From NCBI GenBank assembly GCA_964422395.1, contig CAYRAO010000001.1:73530-137529 (forward strand): a DNA stretch of 64,000 nt. Reading direction: 5' to 3'. The notes below the pieces were generated by a model. The model was not told the origin of the DNA. It did not search any database and saw only the letters and a list, made by a program, of their open reading frames with translations. Shown piece after piece: positions 8,531 through 18,608 of the stretch. The position numbers were made by a program, and so were the translations under genes. How positions within the stretch are numbered: position 1 is the stretch's first letter; every line of letters begins with the position of its first letter. The DNA is from an uncultured Clostridia bacterium. Lineage in GTDB: Bacteria > Acidobacteriota > Aminicenantia > UBA2199.

Positions 8531-9838
8531 TTAGCAGAGGGACAGATTCTTATGAACCATTGACAATATTCCCTGTACAGGAAGACCGTATGAACATGAA
8601 CTTTCACAGTAACCTTCACATTCCGTACACAATCCCGCATCCTTTCCATTCAGTTCCAAATACTTTTTCATAGCATACTTTTCTCTGTTATGAGCATCAT
8701 AATAGTGGTTATATCTCATAATATCATTAATTTTTAATCCTGACGGACAGGACGATTCACAATCATTACATCCATGTCTGCAATACAATCTCCCCGGTCC
8801 CTCTTTGTACCGTAACAGAGTTTTACTTTCCGTCAATGTAAGTTTTGTTCCCGAAATACCGATAAACTCATCTGCAAGATCAAAATTCTGCATCGTACAC
8901 ACAACCGAACTTACCCCTTTGTTTCCAAGTACATACCTCACGGCTCCGTTTCTAATCTTTCTCGGATTATTTAAATTATATTTCTTAATAAATTTTTCCG
9001 CTTCATCGGCTTTTTTCTTAAATCTTCCAATACCTTTTCTATAGAGTGGATGAACTTTTTTCCCTTCTTTTTCAAGTTTTTTAATCCTATCTCTGATCAC
9101 ATAATACTTCCCCACCGGATTTACTTTCATAAGTGTAACTCCGATATTTTCCTTAACACAATTTTTTATAACCTCTGCACCCAAATCTTCCTGAATAAAA
9201 TTATAAGCCATAAGAAAAATATCAAAACGTCCGTCTTTCACCGCTTCATTTAATATTGCAGCCATCGGAATTTTGGGAGCTACAAACCAGTTTGAACCGT
9301 GATTTGATACTCCGACATATTTAAGTTTCCCCTCTTTTTTCATCTGATCCATTGCAGAATGGAATCCAGGAGTTTTCAACATCTCAATATTTTCAGCACT
9401 ATGGATCATCATGCAATCAATATAATTTGTGCCCAATTCTTTTAAACATTTGTTGAATCTTTTAATGAAACCGGCTTCACTTCTATCCTTTTTAATCTCA
9501 AGTTTTGAAGTGATAAATATTTTCTTTCTATCAAAGCTTTTTATTGCCTCCCCTATAACCGGTTGATTTTTATAACTTTCAGCTGTATCAATATAATTCA
9601 CTCCTGCATTAATTGCTTTTCTTACAACCTGGGCATTATGAGAAATACCCAAACTGATATCGGATATTTTAAATCCGGTTCTCCCGAGAACTCTGAAATT
9701 TTTAATTTCCGGTTCAATACCATTTTGGTCTTTATCCTCTTTCTCTTTTGAAAATAAATTTCTATCTACAATAGTACCGCCAATTATACCTAACGTGGAA
9801 TTTCTAATAAAATTTCTTCTGCCGATCATCTTTTTCAT
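8531..9838 (-). CDS. Aldo/keto reductase fused to a C-terminal 4Fe-4S cluster-binding domain, Tat-secreted
   Basis: Twin-arginine signal MKKMIGRRNFIRNSTLGIIGG. AKR-like core. Two Cys clusters (CRHGCNDCESSCP ... CTECEGYCESSC). The start was set at the ATG with a GGAG RBS. Confidence 0.7.
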   Translation of the reverse strand: MKKMIGRRNFIRNSTLGIIGGTIVDRNLFSKEKEDKDQNGIEPEIKNFRVLGRTGFKISDISLGISHNAQVVRKAINAGVNYIDTAESYKNQPVIGEAIKSFDRKKIFITSKLEIKKDRSEAGFIKRFNKCLKELGTNYIDCMMIHSAENIEMLKTPGFHSAMDQMKKEGKLKYVGVSNHGSNWFVAPKIPMAAILNEAVKDGRFDIFLMAYNFIQEDLGAEVIKNCVKENIGVTLMKVNPVGKYYVIRDRIKKLEKEGKKVHPLYRKGIGRFKKKADEAEKFIKKYNLNNPRKIRNGAVRYVLGNKGVSSVVCTMQNFDLADEFIGISGTKLTLTESKTLLRYKEGPGRLYCRHGCNDCESSCPSGLKINDIMRYNHYYDAHNREKYAMKKYLELNGKDAGLCTECEGYCESSCSYGLPVQGILSMVHKNLSLC

Positions 9839-9927
9839 TTTTTTCTCCATTATCAACAAAACCACAAACATGTAAATAATGTAAGAATCAACATAAATTG
9901 TCAAACTTAATCTTCTTTAAAAGCCGT

Positions 9928-11325
9928 TTAAATTACTTTATTTTTCCATTGACCTTTCTTAAAAACTATAATTCCAATAACGGAAATCATGGCATCAGCC
10001 AATACAATAGCAAGATAAACTCCCGTTGCATTAAAATTAAGTTTTATTGCAAGGATATATGCTACAGGAATTTCAACCAACCAAAAGCAAAAAAAATTAA
10101 TTATGGTCGGAGTTTTTGTGTCCCCCGATCCGTTTAAGGATTGAATCATAACCATTCCTATCGCGTAAAAAGGAAGAGCGAAACTCAGAAATCGTAGTGC
10201 ATCGGTTCCTGCGGCAACAACCGAATGTTCGGAAACAAAGATTAAAATGAACTTTTCCGCAAACATAAAAAACATTAGAGCAATGAAAGTGAGGAAAAAA
10301 AAATTTATTTTTGAAGTAACAATAACCGACTTCTCGGCTCTTTTCGGTTTTTTTGCACCCAGATTTTGTCCTACCATAGTCGCTGCGGCATTACTCAGTC
10401 CCCATGATGGCAGGAGTGTGAAAATAATAACTCTTATTGCTATAGTATAACCGGCAAGAACCGAACTACCGAATGTTGACATTATTCTGACCAATCCTAT
10501 CCATGAGGATGTGGATATAAGGAACTGCCCTACTCCTCCGACAGAGACCCTCGCTAATTTAACAATGATTGATATTCGTATCCTAAAATCATTTAGAGCA
10601 ATACCGATTCTATGTTTTCTATTTAAGAGAAAGTAAAATTGTAATATTACCCCAGTGCCTCTGCCGATTACAGTTGCAAATGCCGCACCCGCAATACCAA
10701 GTTCGGGGAATGGACCCAATCCGAAGATCAGACATGGATCAAGAATAATATTTATAAGGTTTGAAATCCATAAAACTCTCATTGAGAGCGATGCATCCCC
10801 CGCTCCTCTGAAAATGGCATTAATTATAAACAGGAACATTATAACAATATTTCCTCCTATAATTATCAAAGGATATTTATAACCGGTATTGATCATGGAT
10901 TCGGAAGAACCCATTATTTTCAGCAGATCGGGAGCAAAATATATTCCGGCAATTGCAATCGGAATCGAAAGAATCAAACCTAAGATAATGGATTGAGCTG
11001 CAGTAACGGAAGCTTCTTCCATTTTTTTTTCCCCCACTCTTCTTGATACCAAAGCCGTAGTTCCCATTCCCAAGCCGACCGCAATAGCATAAAGTAAAGT
11101 CATAACCGATTCGGTAATACCAACTGTTGCAACTGCCTCCGAACCGAGTTTTGAGACAAAAAAAATATCGACAACGGCAAATACGGATTCCATAGCCATT
11201 TCAAGTACCATGGGAACTGCAAGAAGAAATATTGCTCTTCTGAGGTTACCGCTGGTGAAATCTTGCTCGGTTCCTCTTATGGACTCAACGGTATCCGATA
11301 TAATTCTTCTGATCTTTTCTCTCAT
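9928..11325 (-). CDS. MATE family multidrug/efflux transporter
   Basis: 465 aa and about 12 TM segments. The N-terminal region (RRAIFLLAVPMVLEMAMESVFAVVDIFFVSKLGSEAVA) is typical of NorM/MATE. Confidence 0.8.
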   Translation of the reverse strand: MREKIRRIISDTVESIRGTEQDFTSGNLRRAIFLLAVPMVLEMAMESVFAVVDIFFVSKLGSEAVATVGITESVMTLLYAIAVGLGMGTTALVSRRVGEKKMEEASVTAAQSIILGLILSIPIAIAGIYFAPDLLKIMGSSESMINTGYKYPLIIIGGNIVIMFLFIINAIFRGAGDASLSMRVLWISNLINIILDPCLIFGLGPFPELGIAGAAFATVIGRGTGVILQFYFLLNRKHRIGIALNDFRIRISIIVKLARVSVGGVGQFLISTSSWIGLVRIMSTFGSSVLAGYTIAIRVIIFTLLPSWGLSNAAATMVGQNLGAKKPKRAEKSVIVTSKINFFFLTFIALMFFMFAEKFILIFVSEHSVVAAGTDALRFLSFALPFYAIGMVMIQSLNGSGDTKTPTIINFFCFWLVEIPVAYILAIKLNFNATGVYLAIVLADAMISVIGIIVFKKGQWKNKVI

Positions 11326-11440
11326 TTGGGAAGTATTGTATTTGTTAATTATATTTGAGTCAAATAAAATATTTATAGAAAAAAATATTGATTTATTAAA
11401 AAAACTAATTTAGCATATTATTTAGTAAGGAAGGTGACAA

Positions 11441-13705
11441 ATGGTAAAAAGAAGCTTTAAAATCATTATTTCAATTTTCTTAGTTTTAATTGTTGTCAAC
11501 ACACAATGTTTATTCAATATGGAGAATAAACAAAATGACAAATTGACCCTTAAGAAGATTTTTAAAACCAAAGAGTACGATCAGAAATACTTCGGAGCAT
11601 CAAAATGGGATAAAAACAATCACTCCTTTACAATGTTAAAATCTTCAAAGAAAAATAAAAAGATAAAAGAACTTTTCAGATATGAACCCGATAATAAAAA
11701 ATTTCGAAAATTAATTTCCGCTTCTAATCTTATTCTTCGCAATAACAAGAAGAAACATTTAATTATAGAAGGATACGACATTTCACCCGACGGTAAGCTT
11801 GTTTTAATCTTTACAAGTTCAAAATATGTCTGGAGAGCAAAAACACGCGGTAATTATTGGATATTCAATTTGAAATCCGGAAAGAAATCAAGAATTGGAA
11901 AAGAAAGACCCGATTCCTCTATGATGTTTGCTAAGTTCTCTCCTGACAGTACAAGAGTTGCATACGTTAGTGAAAAAAACATTTATGTTGAGGATTTGAT
12001 ATCCCACAAAACTATCCCTTTGACAAAAAGCGGGTCGAATTCAATAATAAACGGTACTTTCGACTGGGTTTACGAGGAAGAATTTCACATGAGAGACGGA
12101 TTCAGATGGAGTCCCGACGGATCTCATATTGCATTTTGGCAATTTGATATTTCCGGTGTAAAAGATTTTTACCTTATTGATAATATTTCCGATACATATT
12201 CAAAGGTAATTCCCATTCAATATCCCAAAGCAGGAGAAACGAATTCCTCTTGTCGCATCGGAACCGTGAAATCGACGGGAGGAGAGATAAAATGGGTTGA
12301 GTTCAATGGAGATCCGAGAATGCACTATTTGGCAAGAATGGAATGGGCGGAATCCGACAATGAATTAATTATCCAGAGACTTAACCGACTCCAAAATAAA
12401 AATGAAGTTTCAATTCACAACATAGAAACAAACAAATCAAGAGTAATAATTACCGAAACGGATAGTGCTTGGTTAGAGGTTGTAGACAAATTTTCATGGA
12501 TTGATAAAGGAAAGTATTTAATATGGACAAGTGAAAAAGACGGGTGGCGTCACTTATACAAAGTGTCAAGGGACGGCAAAAACAGTGAACTGATAACTCA
12601 TGGAAAATTTGATGTAATATCCCTGATTAGTCTCGATAAAAAAAAGGGGATAATATATTTTACCGCTTCACCTGAAAATCCCACTCGGAAATATCTTTAT
12701 TCGGTTACGACAGATAAAGAACACTCAATTACGAAAATCACACCGGCAAATATGCGGGGAACTCACAATTACAACATATCAAAAGACTCGAAAACCGCAA
12801 TCCATTATTATTCTACAATTAACTCTCCTATATTAATTGATTTAATCAAACTCCCCGACCATGAACGCGAACTGCTCCTTGAAGAAAATAAAGATCTCAG
12901 AAAAAAAATAAAATCGTTCAAATTTGCAGATGTAGAATTCTTTAGAGTAAAAATAGAGAACAACTGTGAACTTGACTGTTGGATGATAAAACCTCCCGAC
13001 TTTAAAAAAGATAAAAAATATCCTGTAATATTCTATGTGTACGGGGAGCCTTGGGGACAAACGGTAAGAGACTCATGGATGGGAAGTAACCACATGTGGT
13101 ATAGATTACTTGCTTCCAAAGGATACGTGATAGTAAGCATTGACAATAGAGGCACTCCCTCACCGAGAGGCAGGAAATTTAGAAAAGTAGTATATAGGAA
13201 ACTCGGAATTATAACTACGAAAGATCAGGCAGAAGCTGCTAAGAAAATATTAAAAACTTTTCCGTTTATTGACAAGGAGAAAGTCGGAGTATGGGGATGG
13301 AGCGGAGGTGGTTCAATGACTCTGAATCTGATGTTTCAATATCCCGATATCTACAAAACAGGAGTTTCCGTTGCACCGGTTTCGGACATGAGATATTATG
13401 ATTCTATATACCAAGAACGGTATATGGGACTCCCTTCGGATAATAAAGCAGGTTACAGAGACGGTTCTCCGATAACACACGTCAAAAATTTGAAGGGTAA
13501 ATTACTTTTAATTCACGGTACCGGAGATGATAATGTCCACTACCAAAACAGTGAAGCCGTCGTTGATAAACTTATAGAATACAATAAACAATTCTCAATG
13601 ATGTCATACCCGAACAGAAGGCACGGCATAAGAAAAGGGAAAAGTACAAGACTTCACCTTTTTACACTCATAACCGAATTTTTCTTAAAAAATCTCCACC
13701 CCTAA
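11441..13705 (+). CDS. S9 family serine peptidase, dipeptidyl-peptidase IV-like (DPPIV N-terminal propeller plus prolyl oligopeptidase catalytic domain)
   Basis: Signal peptide. GWSGGG nucleophile motif (GWSYGG-like). Catalytic Asp and His regions (GTGDDNVHYQNS). AAGGAAGG RBS. Confidence 0.8.
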   Translation: MVKRSFKIIISIFLVLIVVNTQCLFNMENKQNDKLTLKKIFKTKEYDQKYFGASKWDKNNHSFTMLKSSKKNKKIKELFRYEPDNKKFRKLISASNLILRNNKKKHLIIEGYDISPDGKLVLIFTSSKYVWRAKTRGNYWIFNLKSGKKSRIGKERPDSSMMFAKFSPDSTRVAYVSEKNIYVEDLISHKTIPLTKSGSNSIINGTFDWVYEEEFHMRDGFRWSPDGSHIAFWQFDISGVKDFYLIDNISDTYSKVIPIQYPKAGETNSSCRIGTVKSTGGEIKWVEFNGDPRMHYLARMEWAESDNELIIQRLNRLQNKNEVSIHNIETNKSRVIITETDSAWLEVVDKFSWIDKGKYLIWTSEKDGWRHLYKVSRDGKNSELITHGKFDVISLISLDKKKGIIYFTASPENPTRKYLYSVTTDKEHSITKITPANMRGTHNYNISKDSKTAIHYYSTINSPILIDLIKLPDHERELLLEENKDLRKKIKSFKFADVEFFRVKIENNCELDCWMIKPPDFKKDKKYPVIFYVYGEPWGQTVRDSWMGSNHMWYRLLASKGYVIVSIDNRGTPSPRGRKFRKVVYRKLGIITTKDQAEAAKKILKTFPFIDKEKVGVWGWSGGGSMTLNLMFQYPDIYKTGVSVAPVSDMRYYDSIYQERYMGLPSDNKAGYRDGSPITHVKNLKGKLLLIHGTGDDNVHYQNSEAVVDKLIEYNKQFSMMSYPNRRHGIRKGKSTRLHLFTLITEFFLKNLHP

Positions 13706-13713
13706 GCATACCT

Positions 13714-14826
13714 TTATTTAGGTAGATTTAATTTATATTTCCTAAGTGATGTTTCTCCCTCTTCGTCCTCCACAAACATAATTGCATAATCTTTGTAAAA
13801 TGCAATCGAAGAAATGATCCTTGATCCGGTTTCAATTTTCAGACTACCGCGATAAAGATATCTCCCTTCGGGAGAAAATATATCAATTTCACTACCTTTA
13901 TCTTTCCGTATATCCGACACAAAGACATATATTAATCCGTTATTTCCTATTATTACTCTGTAAAAGAACGTTGCAACATCCGGCATACTCTTTACCATTT
14001 GATCAATCATCTCTTTTGGCATTTTCCCGCCGTTTAATTTAATATTTTCAAACCTCTTCCTTTTGGCATCTTCGGGTATAAGTTTTCTCTCCCTATTTTT
14101 GATCAAAAATGATAATTCCACCTTCCCTTGCAAGTTCATTTTCTCAAATTTATATTTATCACTTTTTCCAAATAGAATACTTTTATCCTGCAAAGTCAAG
14201 ACAACACCGGCTGAGGTTGCAGGATCCTTTATCATTACAGCCATCCCCCCTTTTTTCGATAAAAGTGCTTCCTCGGGAGAAATTTCTATCAAATCAATGT
14301 CTTTTTTCGTTTTCATATCATAGATACTGATTTTTTCCTGATTCCTCCCTTTGTCATCTTTTACACTCCGTACCCGAACAAACCTATCTTTATCTATAAA
14401 ACATCTCGGATAGAGAAAACCTTTTCCAATATTCACTTGCTTTTTAAACTTCCCATTTCTATCAAAATATACTAATTTTGAATTTATAGGAGAGACGATA
14501 ATATTATCATCAACAATAAAAAATTCATAAGCTTGAATGAATTCTCCGGGACCTTCACCCTTTTTACCTATGGTAGTAATAAATTTTCCATCTTTATTAA
14601 ATTTGAATATTCTTCCAAGTTTATGTTCCATCATGTAGACATTCCCTTCTTTATCCGTTCTAATCCTTGAACAGTTTACAAGTAATTCCTTACCTGCACT
14701 ATCGACCCTCCAGACCTCTTGCGGATTAAAATTCCAAATACCTTTCTCCGGCTTATCCGTATTCACAATATCCTTTGCAACAATTGACATTGAAATCATA
14801 AACAGTACTAAAAAAAATTTCTTCAT
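13714..14826 (-). CDS. Secreted hypothetical protein, beta-propeller-like; paralog of 39167..40243
   Basis: Signal peptide. FGKKGEGPGEF motif shared with the paralog. The start was set at MKKFF with a GGAGG RBS. Confidence 0.5.
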   Translation of the reverse strand: MKKFFLVLFMISMSIVAKDIVNTDKPEKGIWNFNPQEVWRVDSAGKELLVNCSRIRTDKEGNVYMMEHKLGRIFKFNKDGKFITTIGKKGEGPGEFIQAYEFFIVDDNIIVSPINSKLVYFDRNGKFKKQVNIGKGFLYPRCFIDKDRFVRVRSVKDDKGRNQEKISIYDMKTKKDIDLIEISPEEALLSKKGGMAVMIKDPATSAGVVLTLQDKSILFGKSDKYKFEKMNLQGKVELSFLIKNRERKLIPEDAKRKRFENIKLNGGKMPKEMIDQMVKSMPDVATFFYRVIIGNNGLIYVFVSDIRKDKGSEIDIFSPEGRYLYRGSLKIETGSRIISSIAFYKDYAIMFVEDEEGETSLRKYKLNLPK

Positions 14827-14916
14827 TGTTTCCTCCATTAACTATAAACCTTTGACTATGGTTTTATCGGATTAGTTTCATGGTAATTAATTTTTCCGTA
14901 TTTTAAAGAATTTTCA

Positions 14917-16179
14917 TTGATTCTTTTCCATTCGATTATTATACTCAAGAGTATGATAAAGAAAAAAGTATTACCGGGTATAGATGTTTTTTTAAATGGA
15001 GAACACTCATATCTCGGAGGGAGAAAGATTGCTCTTCTATCCAACTACTCAGCTACTAATTATGATCTAATTTCATCTATTGATCTACTGACCAATAGAC
15101 CGGAATTTAAAATATCGGTTTTAATTGCAGCCGAACACGGTCTTTGGGGGCATTATCAGGCAGGAGAAAATGTCCCTGTCCAAATCGACAGAAGAACAGG
15201 ACTCAAAATCCACAGTCTATACAATCAGGAGGATCACTCTTTCCAAATGGTATCCGAAGGCATTGATGAACGGATGAGAAAGTTTGATATTAGCGATTCG
15301 GGCAAAAAAATCAACGAATCGGTATTAGAAGATATTGACATTATCATATTTGATTTACAGGATGTAGGAACCAGGATATATACCTATATCTCCACAATGG
15401 GATATCTGATGGGTTCAATTTCAGGAAAAGATAAACGTCTTATAATCCTTGACCGCCCTAATCCGATTACAGGGATTCATATAGAAGGTCCGATTCTAAA
15501 ATATCCCGAATTTTCTTCATTTGTAGGTTTCTATTCCATTCCGATTCGTCACGGAATGACAATCGGAGAGCTTTCTCTGATGTTCAACAAAGAACTATTT
15601 CAAAATAAAGTAAATTTATCAATTGTAAAGAATGAAAACTGGAAGAGAGAATATTGGTTTGACCAAACCGGTCTTAACTGGGTAAACCCATCTCCTAACA
15701 TTCCAACGCTCAACACTGCAATTGTCTATCCCGGAATGGTTTTTCTCGAAGGAACAAATATTTCAGAGGGGAGAGGTACAACAACTCCGTTTGAAATTTT
15801 CGGTGCTCCTTGGATAGACGGAAAAGCTATTACCGATAAATTGAATGGAGAAAACTTAACGGGTGTGATTTTCAGAGAAACTTTATTTATCCCCTCTTTT
15901 TCAAAATATTCGGGAGAAAAGTGCTCGGGATCAAAGTTGTTTATTACCGACAGAGAAAGCTTTTGTCCATTTAAGACGTCCCTTCACATTATTTCGGTGA
16001 TAAAAGAACTTCACCCGAAAAATATTATATTTCACAAAGAATATTTTGATATGATAGCAGGTAATTCGGAAATTCTCACCATGATCACTTCCGGTGTGAA
16101 AGTTAATGATATTATAGAATCGTATATAACCGAACTATCTGAATTTAATTCCAATTGTAACCAATATTTCATGTACTAA
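14917..16179 (+). CDS. DUF1343/NamZ-family protein (putative exo-beta-N-acetylmuramidase)
   Basis: N-terminal GIDVFL...LGGRKIALLSNYSA and the AAEHGLWGHYQAGENV segment resemble the YbbC/NamZ family signature. Alternative start at 14953. Confidence 0.6.
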   Translation: MILFHSIIILKSMIKKKVLPGIDVFLNGEHSYLGGRKIALLSNYSATNYDLISSIDLLTNRPEFKISVLIAAEHGLWGHYQAGENVPVQIDRRTGLKIHSLYNQEDHSFQMVSEGIDERMRKFDISDSGKKINESVLEDIDIIIFDLQDVGTRIYTYISTMGYLMGSISGKDKRLIILDRPNPITGIHIEGPILKYPEFSSFVGFYSIPIRHGMTIGELSLMFNKELFQNKVNLSIVKNENWKREYWFDQTGLNWVNPSPNIPTLNTAIVYPGMVFLEGTNISEGRGTTTPFEIFGAPWIDGKAITDKLNGENLTGVIFRETLFIPSFSKYSGEKCSGSKLFITDRESFCPFKTSLHIISVIKELHPKNIIFHKEYFDMIAGNSEILTMITSGVKVNDIIESYITELSEFNSNCNQYFMY

Positions 16180-16234
16180 AAAAACTGATTTTTTTCAAAC
16201 TGTTGAAATAAAAACTTCGTTAATTTAAAATTTA

Positions 16235-17647
16235 ATGGGAGTTAAAATGAAAAAAATTATATCAACACTATTTATCGGAATAATTATCGGTGCGGTTGTT
16301 TTATTCTTCATCAATAAAAAATGGCCGTTAAACGGAAGTAATGATCTAAAGAATGAGATCATATCTGATCAAACAAGTACAAATTCAAACAATTTCGAAT
16401 CGGTAACATCCAAACTTGATTCGGGAGGAGATCTTTTCTTTTATTTGAATACCAAGAAAATCATTTCGGCAATTAGGAAATCCTTCGATGTATTGAACGA
16501 ATCTCTTATTCATCCTTCAGAAAAAAAAGGGGAGAAAAGAAGAGAAGTTAATAAATTGTTTTCCTTCGTAAATTCTCTTTTAAATGACAGTGGATTAATG
16601 GATATTGCAGGAATCGGAATCAGTGCAAAAGAATTTGAAGAAAGCTTGACAAGAACAAAATTCGTGATCGAACACAAGCAGGGGAAAGGAGATAAGCTTA
16701 TTTGGAACTTTTGCATCAGGGAATCAGATAATCTTGATTCGATAGACCTGCTCCCTAAAGAAACGGCATTTGCTTCATTTTCCGATTTTAATTATTTTCA
16801 TTTATGGAATTGGATTAAAAGACAAGCGGAAAAATCAGAAGACGAGAAAATCAGACTTGGTATCGGTTCGGTTGAAAAAGACTTGAGAAATGCAGGGGTT
16901 GATCTTCCTACTTTATTGAAATCCATTAACGGTGATGTAGGAATCATTATTACTATTGACAAAGGAAACATGAAAAAAATTTCCGGTAAAAATAATAATA
17001 TTGAGTTCCCCGATCCCGCTTTTGCCTTAATAATAAAAACCGGCAATGAATCTATTTTCAAATTAATAGCTTCTAAGATCCCGAATTCCGAAATCAATGA
17101 AACCAAAGAGAGAAAAAGTATATCAATAAAAGCACCTAAAATGCCATTCACATTTTCACCTATGATAATTCAGAGCAAGAATCTGCTTATTCTCGCTTCT
17201 ACACCTGATATTGCAGAAAAGATTCTAAACAATAATATCGACGCGGGAATTTTAAGAACAGATGAATTTATCAAACTTTCAAGAGGAATCTCTTTATCCG
17301 GAAACGGATTTACATTCATGAGTTCCTCTATTATGAAAGAAATAATGAAAATTCAGAAGAACTTTAATACCTCTAAATATAATTCAAATAAAAAAGGTAT
17401 GGAGATTTTAGAAAAACTCGGATTAAATTTTAATAATCTTTCAATGTTTAGAGTTTTTGAAAAAACTAAAACCGGATATACAATCACATCAAATTCAACC
17501 ATAAGATCCGAATTAATGTTGATGATGCCCGTAATAGCACTTGGAGGAATTGTATCGGCAATTGTAATTCCTCAAGTAATCAGGGAAAAACAAAGAAAGA
17601 TCAACCGAGAAGAACAATCACGGAACCGATTATTCCGAGGGTTGTAG
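16235..17647 (+). CDS. Hypothetical membrane-anchored protein (TM at both termini)
   Basis: GGGAG RBS. N-terminal TM IISTLFIGIIIGAVVLFF and C-terminal TM MPVIALGGIVSAIVIP. No catalytic motif recognised. Confidence 0.45.
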   Translation: MGVKMKKIISTLFIGIIIGAVVLFFINKKWPLNGSNDLKNEIISDQTSTNSNNFESVTSKLDSGGDLFFYLNTKKIISAIRKSFDVLNESLIHPSEKKGEKRREVNKLFSFVNSLLNDSGLMDIAGIGISAKEFEESLTRTKFVIEHKQGKGDKLIWNFCIRESDNLDSIDLLPKETAFASFSDFNYFHLWNWIKRQAEKSEDEKIRLGIGSVEKDLRNAGVDLPTLLKSINGDVGIIITIDKGNMKKISGKNNNIEFPDPAFALIIKTGNESIFKLIASKIPNSEINETKERKSISIKAPKMPFTFSPMIIQSKNLLILASTPDIAEKILNNNIDAGILRTDEFIKLSRGISLSGNGFTFMSSSIMKEIMKIQKNFNTSKYNSNKKGMEILEKLGLNFNNLSMFRVFEKTKTGYTITSNSTIRSELMLMMPVIALGGIVSAIVIPQVIREKQRKINREEQSRNRLFRGL

Positions 17648-18545
17648 CAACCGCTTTTCGTAATGTGAATTTTTCCTTAAGAAAAATAGTTGCAAATACT
17701 ATTATGAAGATGGTATTGGTCTGATTTAGAATTGCCGCCGAATTCATATCCGTAAGTTTGAATGCACTTATCCACATTATCATGGCAATAAAACTTCCTA
17801 ATATGGTAGCAGGAAGAGCGTATTTATAATTTGCTTTTTTTATTAGTGAAGCAAGTATCTCTTTTTTATCTTTATTCAAATAAAGCAAGATGGATAGTGC
17901 GATAGTACCGGAGATAAGTCTTACTTCGGTAACCCAAAGTATGGGAGCTTTGTCAATAACAGGTTTCATCACTACTACACTGATACCCATGGCAATCATA
18001 GCCCCTGTTCCATATAAAAATCCGAAAAAGATATCTTTTCGACTCCGCTCTTTCTCTTTCAATCTGAATGTAGCAACTAAAATTGCGGAAATCACGAGAA
18101 TACCTCCCGAAAATTCTTTAAAAGTGATTTCATTCACCAAAAATATATAAGAAAGGAAAATAATTATAGGGCTGTACAGACAATCCACAATTGCCGTAAG
18201 ACCAGCACCGAGCATATTTAAAGACTTGAAGAACAGCGTATCCGATATCGCAACTCCGAGAATACCGCTTAGTACAAGAACTAACAAATCTTCGATCGTA
18301 ACATTAGACGGGATTAGTTCTGTTCCGACAATCAACAATACAGGAATTAACAGAAGCATTGAAATAAAGCTTTTATAAAAATTTAATCCGATCGGCTTCA
18401 GACCTTCACCCGACTTCTTGAAAAGGATTACCGCAAGTGCCCACAACAAAGCACATAGAAACGCAAAAATCTTTCCCATAATATCAGCTGAAACCGTCCC
18501 TTCAATTAACACCATGCGACTTAGTATAACATAGTTCAATTGCAA
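17601..18545 (-). CDS. EamA/DMT superfamily transporter
   Basis: About 10 TM segments and two EamA-like halves. The start may be the internal MGKIF at 18479. The 3' end overlaps the convergent gene by 47 nt. Confidence 0.7.
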   Translation of the reverse strand: MQLNYVILSRMVLIEGTVSADIMGKIFAFLCALLWALAVILFKKSGEGLKPIGLNFYKSFISMLLLIPVLLIVGTELIPSNVTIEDLLVLVLSGILGVAISDTLFFKSLNMLGAGLTAIVDCLYSPIIIFLSYIFLVNEITFKEFSGGILVISAILVATFRLKEKERSRKDIFFGFLYGTGAMIAMGISVVVMKPVIDKAPILWVTEVRLISGTIALSILLYLNKDKKEILASLIKKANYKYALPATILGSFIAMIMWISAFKLTDMNSAAILNQTNTIFIIVFATIFLKEKFTLRKAVATTLGIIGSVIVLLG

Positions 18546-18608
18546 GTCTTAAAAAAACAGGAATTGATTTTTTAAATGCAAAATAATAAAATTCAGATGG
18601 GAGTATAA

